Source: Pelomyxa schiedti
Taxonomy: Eukaryota > Protista > Evosea
Direction of reading: 5' to 3'
Assembly (NCBI GenBank): GCA_020536535.1
Contig: JAHLWZ010000856.1
Location: 1 to 64,000 of the forward strand
DNA length: 64,000 nucleotides
Of the stretch, positions 38,920-49,280 are shown one piece after another. Position 1 is the first letter of the stretch. Each line of letters opens with the position of its first letter. A program made the translations under genes and the position numbers. The notes beneath the pieces are model-generated. The model did no database searches, was not told the DNA's origin, and saw only the letters and a program-made list of their open reading frames with translations.

Positions 38920-40218
38920 CTAAACCAGGTTGTTGGACCTGTGGTTTGTGGTGAATTCGGTGCCGTCGTGTGGTGGTATTGGTTTAAATATAGGCCAAGG
39001 CATAAACCCCCAAATAATATTCCTGTGTGGTGTATTAGCTTGGTGTTGTATAAAGGTGATTGGGGCTACATGTTTGGAGGGACCCAGAAGAAGTCATGGA
39101 GATTTTTGTTGATCCCAAGATTGAAGCTATTTACAAATCTCTGAAGGGCAAGTTGGGAGAGAGTTTCTCAGTACAAAGATAATACCTCGCCTTTCTCTTT
39201 CAAGTACTGTCTTTCTTCACTGTTGATGTAAAACTCTATAGTTGTTTGGTTTGTGACCAGCAGAAAGACTTGCCACAGAAGTAGTGCTAGCACAGCAAAG
39301 GAAACACTCAAACAGAGTACATAGACAAAACTGGCAAAGCCACCTTTTAGAGTGTCCCGAAGGTACTCCTTAATGGAAAAGTCAATGGCGGAAAAGGAAG
39401 GAAGAATATCCTTACATGCCCGCTAGTTGTCACCATAATAGGTAACCCCATTGAGGCAATAATTGCACAACCGGTCACCATGTAAACAAGAAAGAGCAGA
39501 AAAAATCTGTGGTTGAAGAATCCAACACAATTTGATACCCACACTAGAAACAGTAAAACAACATATTTGAGCATCTCGGGAAAAAGATTACCACAATGAT
39601 GATCCATTCTCAGAACGCATCTGGTACACATAAGGCAAACAAAATAGAGAATAGAGCTTACCTTCCACACACTGAGCAGTGATGAGTCCTTGGCGGCTTT
39701 GCTAGTTTACCTAAGCAAGAGGGAGTTAATGAAAGCTGACACATTAGGTGCCCACAAGGTTTTTTTTATTGTGTACATTTTTTGCACCTGGGCCATTTGG
39801 GAGAACTCTGAGTTTCAATCGATGGTGGCATCCCAGGGTCAACAAGGACTGCCATTCTAGTAAAAAGAATTAAGAGAATTCATGGGAGCATCAAAGACCA
39901 CAACAACTAGTTGGCACGCAAAGGGAATAATTAAAGAGCAACAGCAGTATAGAATAGAACCAGGCATTAGAAAGAAATGCACTAGTACGCGTAGTTGGAA
40001 GCTATCCCCCAGGCCACGAGGGCATTGGAAGCAATGAACAACAGAGACACAGGGAATCGGGACCACGGCGTGATGCCCCACCACGGCAGAGTCACGAAGA
40101 AATGAGCCCACGCGCACAGCGGCACCAGAACACACACGCTCACGACCAGAATTGGCCCCAGGCAACGCGACCCGAGCCCCGACACGCCCCGGACAACTTC
40201 GGTCACCCTGTCGATCAT
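38920..40218 (-). CDS. DHHC palmitoyltransferase
   Basis: [51 protein letters not shown]. Confidence 0.93.
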
Positions 40219-40520
40219 AAGTACCCTCCGCGCAGGGGTGTTAAACCCAATTCTGGGTCAAACAGAGCAGAAAGACAGAAATAGAGCTTGTTAAGATGGG
40301 AAGAAACTCTACCACCAGCCCTTCATGAATCACTTGAAGATCTGGAGCCACGAGGAAGTGTGGCAGGCGATCAAAAGACCTTCCTAGAACCGCTGTAAAA
40401 GAAAAGCACAAAAAAAGGAAAAGAAAGCATCAACATCATCAGAGGTGCCTACGCCGACAACAAACAAAACAAACGACAACAAAGTGTTTCGTTCCATTCC
40501 TTTATTTAAGTGTTGTTTAG

Positions 40521-42179
40521 ATGTCGACTAAACTTGCGGACAAGATCCCACCGGAAAAGGTGAAACCAATTCTTGACGCTCTATTGGAGGAGGACTGCAA
40601 CAAAATATGCGCAGAATGTCACTCCAGAGGTTTTTTTTTTTTTGTTTTTCTGTAGTGATGGTATGTCTAATTTATATTCTTGGCTCTTAGGCCCTAGGTG
40701 GACCAGCACTAACCTTGGTGTTTTCATATGCATTAAATGTGCGGGTGTTCACCGGTCAATGGGAACGCATATCTCCAAAGTCAAGAGTGTGTCTCTGGAT
40801 GGCTGGTACCCATACCAGCTTGCTGTGAGTTTTACTTTTCCCCTTAAAGACTGCTTATATATGTGCAGACTCTCCAAAAACTTGGAAACCACAAGGCGGC
40901 ACTCATATGGGAAGCCAACGTACCATCCGAGTGGCACAGACCATCAGATTCTGATCAATAGTAGCAATTTTTGTCAAAAAGGAGTCACCTCATTTGTTTT
41001 TTTAGTGCTCTTGAGCAGTGGATCCGAACAAAATATGAAAGAAGGGAGTTCTTCAGTAGAACAGCTGCCGAAGATATCCTTCCCGAGGTAACAAAGTTAG
41101 AAGCACACTACCCTCTCAAAAATCCAGCTTGCAGATGATCCCTATGCTGGGGCAAGAGCCGCAGATGTTTCTGTTTCCTCAGTCCGGTCTAAGGTATCTC
41201 TTTTACATGTCGTTTTCATCTTACAATCTCGTAGTCCGCACCAATCAAGGAGCCCACCCGTAAACCAATCCCAGAGCCTGTTGTTTCCAAGCCAACGCCG
41301 GAGCCAGTAACCCCAGCTAAGCCAGTCTCTACAGGCAAGCCAGTCTCAGCCGGGCCTGATCTTATTCAGTTTGCACCAGCACCACCGAAAGACGAACTTG
41401 CAGAATTATTTCACCAAAGTATGCGTCAGTATTCACGTACTTAGGCACTAATGTTAGAAGCACCAACGCAGGGGACACCAAATTTGATTAACATGGGACA
41501 GCCAAGTACACCAAACTTGATAAATATGGGACCAGCAGCCTCTCTTACACCGCAACAAATGATGCAACTGCAACAGCAACAATTACTGCAACAGCAACAG
41601 ATGATGCAACAACAATTAATGCAACAACAACAGCAACAACTAATGCAGAGATCAGGGATGACCACAGACCAGAAGATGACAAAAGATCAGATAATGATGC
41701 TCTATGGCAACTCTGGAACTGGAACTTCAACCATCCTCCCTACAACTCAAACAGCGCAAACTTCAGGTAAACCTAGAGGCAACTACAATGTCGATCTTAG
41801 TGCCCTCACTGGTGTTCAGCGGCCACAACAAACACCAGTGACCGTACCAACCTACCCTGTTTATACGTACGTGCTTTTTCCACTTTCCATAATTAACTTT
41901 TCTCCTTCCAAAACACAACAAACAACAAAACCAAACAGAAATCCTAATGTGATGTATACCCAAAACACCACTGGCTACCAGACCCCAGTTTACTACCAGC
42001 CGCCCACCCCTGGACACTATGGGTACTTACCCCTATGTTTTGAGCACATGTTTATCTTGTTACTGACTCTGCCAAAAAAAAAAAAAGGTTCAAGAAAGTA
42101 TGACCCTGGTGTAGGGCCCATTGCCTTTTTGCAAACCCCAACTGACAACAAACCAAACCGTTTTGCCAAAACCAAATAG
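40521..42179 (+). CDS. ArfGAP (SMAP-like) with Gln-rich C-terminus
   Basis: [45 protein letters not shown]; EQWIRTKYE. Confidence 0.93.
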
Positions 42180-42250
42180 ACTTTTATTTTCTCTTACTCC
42201 TCTTGCTAATTTCGTTTTTCCTGCCGTTTGTTTTTGGTTTTTTTTTGGTG

Positions 42251-44702
42251 ATGTCGTCCAGTGCATCGACACACCGCGAGTCGGTGACGACGACGGGATT
42301 CTCGGGAACGACGACGTCGGTGGTGCACGGGGTCACGGACCGGCGGCGCCGCGAGGTGGAGACCATCAGGAAGAGCGACCGGCTGCGGATCCTGTCGTCC
42401 AAGCGGCCCCGCACCACGCCCCCCTTCGCGCCCTCCTTGCCCTCTGCCTCCTCCTGCGCGGCCACGCACGAGGCACCGGGCGGGGCGACCGGGAGCAGCA
42501 GCGAAGCCACGGGCACAGGGTATGCTGCCGCCACTAGTTCTACTGCGAGCGCAACGGGGACGGGGACGGGGTCGGGCACGGGAACGGCGAGCTGGAGCGG
42601 AGGCGGCGGGATGGGGGTCACCACGGGGTGCGGGGCCAGCGAGCACAACGGGGGAGGCGGGGGTGCGAGCACGGGGAAGCACACGGGGATGGAATTGGAC
42701 CATGGTGTGGGGTGTTTTTTTTTTTTTTGTTTGTTTGTTGTTGTGCTTGACCCAGTAACTCCCCTCCCTAGGTCCCCATGTTTCTTTTCTCCCTAGTGGT
42801 GGGGCTCCTATGCTGATGAAATCGGAGGGGACAACTGCGGACCAGCGTGCCGCGTCTGCAATTGCAATGCTGTCATCACCATCCCTTCCACAACAGAAAT
42901 GTGGGATGGACACACTTTGCCGTATGATGTCTGATACCTTTGAACCCCCCATTGATAAAGTCACCCAGCCCGCTACAATGCAAAGAATCCTGGTAGCACC
43001 GTGATTTACTTTGAATATATTAACTTTTCCCGCAAATAGAGCTATTTGACCGGAACTGATGCGGACTTGCAGCTGTATGCTACATGGTGCATTACAAGTA
43101 ACACACCACCTCAGTGCTTTGTGTTCCCCTAACCGTACACCCAGATATTGCTGCAATTGGATCTCACGAACAAACACAATCTATAATGCTTGCAGCACCT
43201 TATCTTATTGCTTTTCTTTCATGCCCAAATGCAGTTTCTTTCCAGTAGCTATGCTTCTACTTTGCTCAATAGAATTTAGGCACTCCAAGAACAAGCAAGT
43301 TGGGCACTTGGTAACATAGCTGGTGACAGTATCACGTTTAGAAATACAATTCGTGCAAACGGAGCTATTCTTCCATTAGTCTCTCTGTTGAAATCAAAGG
43401 TATGTGGTATTTATTCTGAAGAGGGAAGAAAACCCAAAAAATGCAAGGTACCAAGTGTTGTTCACACAGCAGCATTTGCTTTGAGCAATCTCGCAAAGGG
43501 GCCTGTTCCTAAAATTGGAGACTTCTTTTCAGCTGGAATTGCTCCTCTCCTTGTGTCCTGCTTCAGTTCCTCCGTTGCTAGTATTCTCCTCTTGCCTGCT
43601 CTCACACGCACACAGGATTCTTCCGTGCTTATCGAGATCGCATGGCTTTCCACCTATATGGTTGCATCAGAAGAGACATATGCAAACCAACTTTTGGAGG
43701 CTGGGTTTTTTCCTGTACTGGTGTGAATTTACTGGGTTCCCTTCTGTTACCACTCCTCCCTTATTCTAACAACCCTGATTCTCACAACTTGTTCAGGTTA
43801 ATACATTCGTTAATGCCGCACTTGATGAGCTCATCATCCCGTGTCTGAGAATCCTTGGTATGCATCTTAGGAAAAAAATATAGCCTTTCCAACCTACTAG
43901 GTAATTACATATGCCAGCAAACAAATGGTGATGACTTTACAAAGGCTTTGGTCTCAGATCCCAGGATGATTGATACTTTCAAGCGTTTGATTACATCCAC
44001 AAACACAAAGTTTATCCCATTTGAACTTGATTACAAGGCTTAGTCAACAATCACAGTACTGTGTTGAAAGAATGTGCATGGGTAATTTCCAACGTAGCTG
44101 GTGGATTAGAAGAATATTCTGATACACTGATACGAGAAGGATTTTTACCACCAATGGTTGAAGTTTTGGCAACAGCCAATTTTGATGCCAGAAAAGAGGT
44201 CCACTTACTTGGAAGAAGACCTGTTAGCTAACATGCACAAGATGAGCTATGCAATTGCGAATCTATGTAGAGAGAAACACGTAGAACTCGTAGTTGCAGC
44301 TGGTGCCATCTCCCCAATGTGTGAGCTCCTGGAGTCAAGTGCTCACGATAATGAAGTTCCCGATGTAATTATGTTCTTCTTGGACCAAGTCATGCACTTC
44401 CATCCCCAAGTATTAACCCCACCCAGAGCATTCTTTATTTCACTAACTACCACAACAGGGTACTACCTTGGTTGAGGAAGCTGGAGGCATCAGTGCTTTG
44501 GAGACACTACACTTCCACAAAAATCCTGAGCTCCATAGAAAAGCCTCTGCCCTTATTGATAAATACTTCACAGAAGAAGAACCTGAGGTACAAATTCCCA
44601 CTATTGCGGAGAACTAACAAGCCAAAAACACAGAACCCATTTGAGGACGACGAGGACACCAGCACACCCTATCCCGCTTGGCGGTTAACTGAAAAGAGTT
44701 GA
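42251..44702 (+). CDS. Importin-alpha-like armadillo repeat protein
   Basis: IBB-like DRRRREVETIRKSDR..KR; ARM repeats WALGNIAGD, AAFALSNL, ECAWVISNVAGG. Confidence 0.85.
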
Positions 44703-44763
44703 TGAAGTCCGAAGTGCGAGCGGGTCACCCTCGAATCTCTGAACTTAGATATACCCGAAAATT

Positions 44764-44925
44764 TATTGGACGTTTCAGTCAAAAACCCGCCACACAAACA
44801 AAAAACGAGAACTATCATCAAAATCAAACGAAATGCACTGGGTGCGCCCAGTGGATAAACTTGTTTTTTGTTGGTTGTTTTTATTTTTCATTCATTATGC
44901 CGTTTTTTGACTGAAACGTCCAATA
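44764..44925. mobile_element. Putative MITE (Tc1/mariner-like, TA-flanked) with 22-bp perfect terminal inverted repeat
   Basis: TATTGGACGTTTCAGTCAAAAA (44764-44785) and its exact reverse complement (44904-44925); outer TA at both ends; central hairpin CACTGGG-TGCG-CCCAGTG. Confidence 0.65.
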
Positions 44926-45060
44926 GCTCCAATTACTAAACTGCCATTGAAGTGCTCGAATTGTTCATCGCCACACCCGCCGAAAGTTTTCGGCGACGAT
45001 CATTTTCGCAGACCATCATGTGTCGTGGTTTTAGGTGCCGGAACGAACTTTTTTACCGAC

Positions 45061-45282
45061 GGGGTTAGTCCGACTGTGGGTAGTGCCCACTTGTAATGTT
45101 TTCGCAGCAGTACCACGCCACCGCACAACTGCATTAGAATCCGACGTAACAACAATTTCTACCTGTAATTTTCTTTTTCAAATTGTTCATTGAAATTCCT
45201 TCAATTTGGAGTTGGGAATTGGCTGAATAAAAAAAACACGAAAACATTACAAGTGGGCACTACCCACAGTCGGACTAACCCC
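45061..45282. repeat. 44-bp perfect inverted repeat enclosing a 134-bp spacer
   Basis: GGGGTTAGTCCGACTGTGGGTAGTGCCCACTTGTAATGTTTTCG (45061-45104) and its exact reverse complement (45239-45282); no target-site duplication evident. Confidence 0.9.
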
Positions 45283-45479
45283 TAAGTAGGAAAGCCTACT
45301 TCCTCCCACAGTTCGCCAGACATCCACCGACTGCACCTCAGCCGATTTGCACATACATGCACCCGGAGAAGCATGACTTGAACCTTCCACACTGAATTAC
45401 ACCTTCCACGTGCAGGCTCATAAGCGCGAGCAACACACACAACATTCACCTCTTATCCATCCTTGATAACAAGTCAACA

Positions 45480-47219
45480 ATGAGCACCACCACTCCGACA
45501 CGTCTGTCACAAGAGTTCATTTCCGTGGCACGAGGGCGCCTCCTTCTGAACGACACAGCTGCCCTCATGGAGAGCAAGAGCTTCGTGGGAGTCATGGGGC
45601 CGCCAGGCGCCGGCAAGAGCACGCTCTGCACAGCGCTCGTCAACGCCGCATTTGGCACACATCTGTCCGCGTTCGAGGCAGCCAACTCCTTGGAGACATT
45701 CACCCGAGGAATTTGGATGCTGTCACTGGAATACCGGAGGTCGCTGGAGACCACCTCTGACTGGGAGCCGCTCGACGTGGAGGGGTTCCAGTCGGACGAC
45801 GAGGGCTGCTACAGGCTCACCATGGTCATGGCTTTGCTCTCAGAGGTGGTTGTGTTTTGCAACCGCAACCCACGGTATGACGATCTGTTCAAAGCGGCCC
45901 GCACCCTTGCTTCTGGGCTCAAGTTATGTGAGCGTTTCTCTCTCAAGTCTCCAATAAAGATGGTTTTTGTGCAGCTGCGCCCCGGGGAGGAGACTGAGAT
46001 CATCCAAAAACTCTTGGAAAAAGTGAAATCGCTCTTGCCAGAAGGAATACAAGTCCAAGTGTTCTTCCTACCAGAACTCAGGGGGGTGTCCACCAATGCG
46101 GCTTTCTCACCGGAATTCATCGCAGCCACCAGAACCTTGGTCTCCATGTTTAAATTCGGTCCTTTAATTGCCGCTGCAGCCAAGAAAACCATGCTCGAGG
46201 AGATGATTCGAAATGTCAACAGCAACAGTGAAAATGAATGCAAAGAAACGGCCAAGAAGTTTTTTAGGCAGGACTGCGACAGGATCATGATGACCGTCAA
46301 GGCACAGGAGACGTTACTCCATACCAAAAGAGCAGTCGATCTGCATGTATGCTCTGGCGACACCACTCTTGCCCAGTATGTTGGCAACCCTGTATTCCCC
46401 ACATCATATCACTTTGAAGAATCGCCCTACTACAGCAACGGCGCTTCCTCCATTGCCAACGACCTCGACGCGGAGTGCATCCCCCCCCTCCAGCTGGAAC
46501 TGCAGGAAATATACAAGAAGCACTTTACCCTCAAAATGAATACGCTGAAAGTTGAACAAGAGGAAGAACGAAAGAGGCAAGAGGAAGAACGAAAGAGGCA
46601 AGCAGAAGAACAAAAGAGGCAAGAGGAAGCACGCAGCGTCATGGAGGCGGAGCGAATAAAGCGGAATGCCGCCGTAGAAGAAGCACGATTGAATTCACTA
46701 AAGGCACAGCTGGAAGCCAAAATCGAGGAGGCCATCACAGCAGGCAAGCGCAGAGCCTTGGCAGAGCTCTCGGCTGCAGACGTGCACCGGCCTCTGTGGG
46801 ACCGCGTCCGCCTTTCGGCCTGGGATGACCTCATAAAGAACGAAAAGCTGCAAGCCGAGGCATTAGCCAGGACACACGTTCGCCTTGCAAACCCGGGCTC
46901 CCGCTGGCACTCGTTCAGGGACTGGTACGAAGGCCAGAAGGACGTGATCAGAGTAAGGTGGGACACACAAATCCAAAACGCGAAGTGGCACGCGCCTGTA
47001 ATGGCGTTCGGCGACATGCACTGCAACAACGGACACAGCCTGAACACCGCCGTATCGTGCGGTACATGTAATGGTGGGATCTATTGGGTTGATGGCCCAC
47101 ACTGTGTCATTGCCTGCCAGACCTGCGGAAGGCCCTGGATGACTGACCTTACTACAGTCTGTGGAAAGTGTGGTGCTGGTGCCAAATGCCGCATTCGTGA
47201 AAGCACCTATTTACCGTAA
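45480..47219 (+). CDS. Intronless GBP/atlastin-like P-loop GTPase with coiled coil and Cys-rich C-terminal zinc-binding region
   Basis: VGVMGPPGAGKST (G1), ETFTRGIWM (G2), LDVEGF (G3), ALLSEVVVFCN; EEERKRQ repeats; C-terminal CNNGH, CGTC, CQTC, CGKC. Confidence 0.8.
   Translation: MSTTTPTRLSQEFISVARGRLLLNDTAALMESKSFVGVMGPPGAGKSTLCTALVNAAFGTHLSAFEAANSLETFTRGIWMLSLEYRRSLETTSDWEPLDVEGFQSDDEGCYRLTMVMALLSEVVVFCNRNPRYDDLFKAARTLASGLKLCERFSLKSPIKMVFVQLRPGEETEIIQKLLEKVKSLLPEGIQVQVFFLPELRGVSTNAAFSPEFIAATRTLVSMFKFGPLIAAAAKKTMLEEMIRNVNSNSENECKETAKKFFRQDCDRIMMTVKAQETLLHTKRAVDLHVCSGDTTLAQYVGNPVFPTSYHFEESPYYSNGASSIANDLDAECIPPLQLELQEIYKKHFTLKMNTLKVEQEEERKRQEEERKRQAEEQKRQEEARSVMEAERIKRNAAVEEARLNSLKAQLEAKIEEAITAGKRRALAELSAADVHRPLWDRVRLSAWDDLIKNEKLQAEALARTHVRLANPGSRWHSFRDWYEGQKDVIRVRWDTQIQNAKWHAPVMAFGDMHCNNGHSLNTAVSCGTCNGGIYWVDGPHCVIACQTCGRPWMTDLTTVCGKCGAGAKCRIRESTYLP
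46557..46629 (+). repeat. 21-bp coding tandem repeat (QEEERKR), ~3.5 copies
   Basis: CAAGAGGAAGAACGAAAGAGG x2, one degenerate copy and a partial copy. Confidence 0.9.
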
Positions 47220-48031
47220 CGGTTTTGGAAAAAAAGCACTTACTTTTTTTTTGGACGGTGGGTGTATCGGTATCTTGCAACGATCCAATCGCCCGCGATT
47301 TTTAATTACGCATCGGCTTATGGTGAAAACGAAGTGCAAAGAGCAACACAATGGCCGGTTGTGACACCAAAAAGACGTCGACCACAATGAAGACGTACAC
47401 ATTCCGGGCACGATGCCTTTCTGTGCCACCAAAAGGCAACACTCATTTGCTGCATGTTGTTGGGTGTCTCATAGCGGACGCAATCATCACTATCGTTGGC
47501 ACTGCCATAAGAGACATATCCGTCAGTTTCCACTTGTGGGGGCAGAGACTAACAGAAGTAAGAGGAACAGTGTACCAGCAGTACAGACAATGGAGGTGTT
47601 TGGCACGCCCAGCAACAGTAAAGTAGGTTCCAGTAATGATAGAGAAGGTTCCGGCTATGGTAAAGAAGTTGCCGGTAATTGTAGAGCCAGTTCAGGAAGG
47701 CGCTGCCCTACTCCTATTTGAATAGCACCAACAGAGATTACTACCACCACTATTCACGGCGCTATGATTATTATTGTACAAATAGTAATTCTGGGATACC
47801 ATCGCACACTGTAGGAAAGTCAGGCCGCCTGGTAACTCCCTCCCTTTGGAAAGGTGCACTACACACCCACTTGCACCCCTCCTCCCTCGTTCTCCCTCGT
47901 CTTTCGTCTCACCCACTCCACAATGTATTCATTGTCGTGGCTTGTGTGAAGATGGGGTGTTGTTCTCGGAAAAAATTGAATCTTTTGTTACCAGAAAGGT
48001 TTTACAGTTAGATCAACGGTTTTTTTCCCCG

Positions 48032-49213
48032 ATGACTACGAAGGGAACCGCGGACTGGGTGCTGGTGCCCGGCATCTCATTCAAAGAACAAATTATGGCA
48101 CTGATGATGTCGTCTCACGCACGGTGCGGGCGACTGAGCCCAGCCTCAGTCCTCACTGGGAGCGAAAACGCAGCCCTGCTGAGATCGATGGCCCAATCAT
48201 GGTCGCACGGCTGGGTTGTGCTCCAGAACACGGAGTCCGTACTTGTGGGAGTATCACTGTCCACGCTCGGGGTTGTCTCCTGGACGAAACCGTGCAACAT
48301 GCGCGGCGTCGTTTGGGTCGACAGCTCTCGCTGCTTCATTGCGACTAGTACAGGGGCTTATTTGATGAACCCAGTGACTGACCAAAGGGTCGACGTGCCT
48401 GGGTATGTATTCTCGATCAAATACGAGTTCTGCGGCCGCTGGATTATCGATTATGGGAGGTGGATGGTGTGGAAGCTGGTTCCGGGAGGAGTGTGCGGGC
48501 CAAAGACTTTGAGGTGGATTGATGATGGCAGTGCTGGTGTTGTAGTTGACGCGGGTAATTTGGTTGGAATCAGAACAGGAGCCGTGGGTAGGAGGAAGAA
48601 GAAGAAGAGCACGGTGCCGAGGGATGAGGGGTGGCGTTTCGGCCGCGTCGTGGGGGATGGGTTCTTTGATGTGTTTGGTAGAGACAGGGATGGGCTCACT
48701 GTGTTACACTTGGTTGACGCGGAGAGGGCGTATGAGACTGGGATAATGGCTCCTGTGGATTCCGTGAAGATTACAGCTCCCGAACACCTGGGCAGTGGAA
48801 CACAAGGCCGCACTTATTGCTTCTGGGGATCAAAGCGAGTTGTTATTCCTCGTCTGAAAGAAGTTTTCCTGTATGACCTGAACGCTGGGACGGTTATCCA
48901 CAAGGAATCCACAAGCTATTCTTTATTGGATAACTTTTTCATTACATATAGCAAGCCTGATAGAACACTCCAGATGGAGGCATGGGACTTCAGAGGAGCC
49001 GGAGCTGCAACAGCCCCAACACTAATTACTATACCCTATGAGAGTGAGACCGTGTGCGTGGGAACTGCTGGTGACCTCATTGCAATTGAGGACAGTTCCA
49101 GGACTATAGTTGTCGAACCCTCCTCCGGTGTCATCGTATTCACTCTGTATCGAGACATGCCCCACCAACTGTACTCCTTCCTAACTCCCAAGGCCAAAAC
49201 TCTTCGTTATTGA
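48032..49213 (+). CDS. Intronless hypothetical protein with N-terminal QxxAL..HxRCG..SP motif and beta-rich body
   Basis: Single long ORF (track 47846-49213; first in-frame ATG at 48032); EQIMALMMSSHARCGRLSPASVL. Confidence 0.7.
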   Translation: MTTKGTADWVLVPGISFKEQIMALMMSSHARCGRLSPASVLTGSENAALLRSMAQSWSHGWVVLQNTESVLVGVSLSTLGVVSWTKPCNMRGVVWVDSSRCFIATSTGAYLMNPVTDQRVDVPGYVFSIKYEFCGRWIIDYGRWMVWKLVPGGVCGPKTLRWIDDGSAGVVVDAGNLVGIRTGAVGRRKKKKSTVPRDEGWRFGRVVGDGFFDVFGRDRDGLTVLHLVDAERAYETGIMAPVDSVKITAPEHLGSGTQGRTYCFWGSKRVVIPRLKEVFLYDLNAGTVIHKESTSYSLLDNFFITYSKPDRTLQMEAWDFRGAGAATAPTLITIPYESETVCVGTAGDLIAIEDSSRTIVVEPSSGVIVFTLYRDMPHQLYSFLTPKAKTLRY

Positions 49214-49280
49214 GAACAATCCATGAATAGGAATATGTTTTTTTGGAATAGTCGCGAAAAATATTTATGGTTTTTTCCTA

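Noticed and set aside
41541-41650. CAA/CAG runs and similar short repeats (also ~19895-19975, ~29070-29135)
   Set aside because: Ordinary coding low-complexity tracts (poly-Q, QP, poly-T)
42206-43177. Long antisense or overlapping ORFs (also 5525-6304, 20876-21658, 45809-47047)
   Set aside because: Shadows of GC-rich, low-complexity sense exons with no motifs
45061-45282. Bacterial Tn3-type IR (GGGG ends) or CRISPR repeat
   Set aside because: No 5-bp TSD or transposase; only two copies and they are inverted, so not a direct-repeat array
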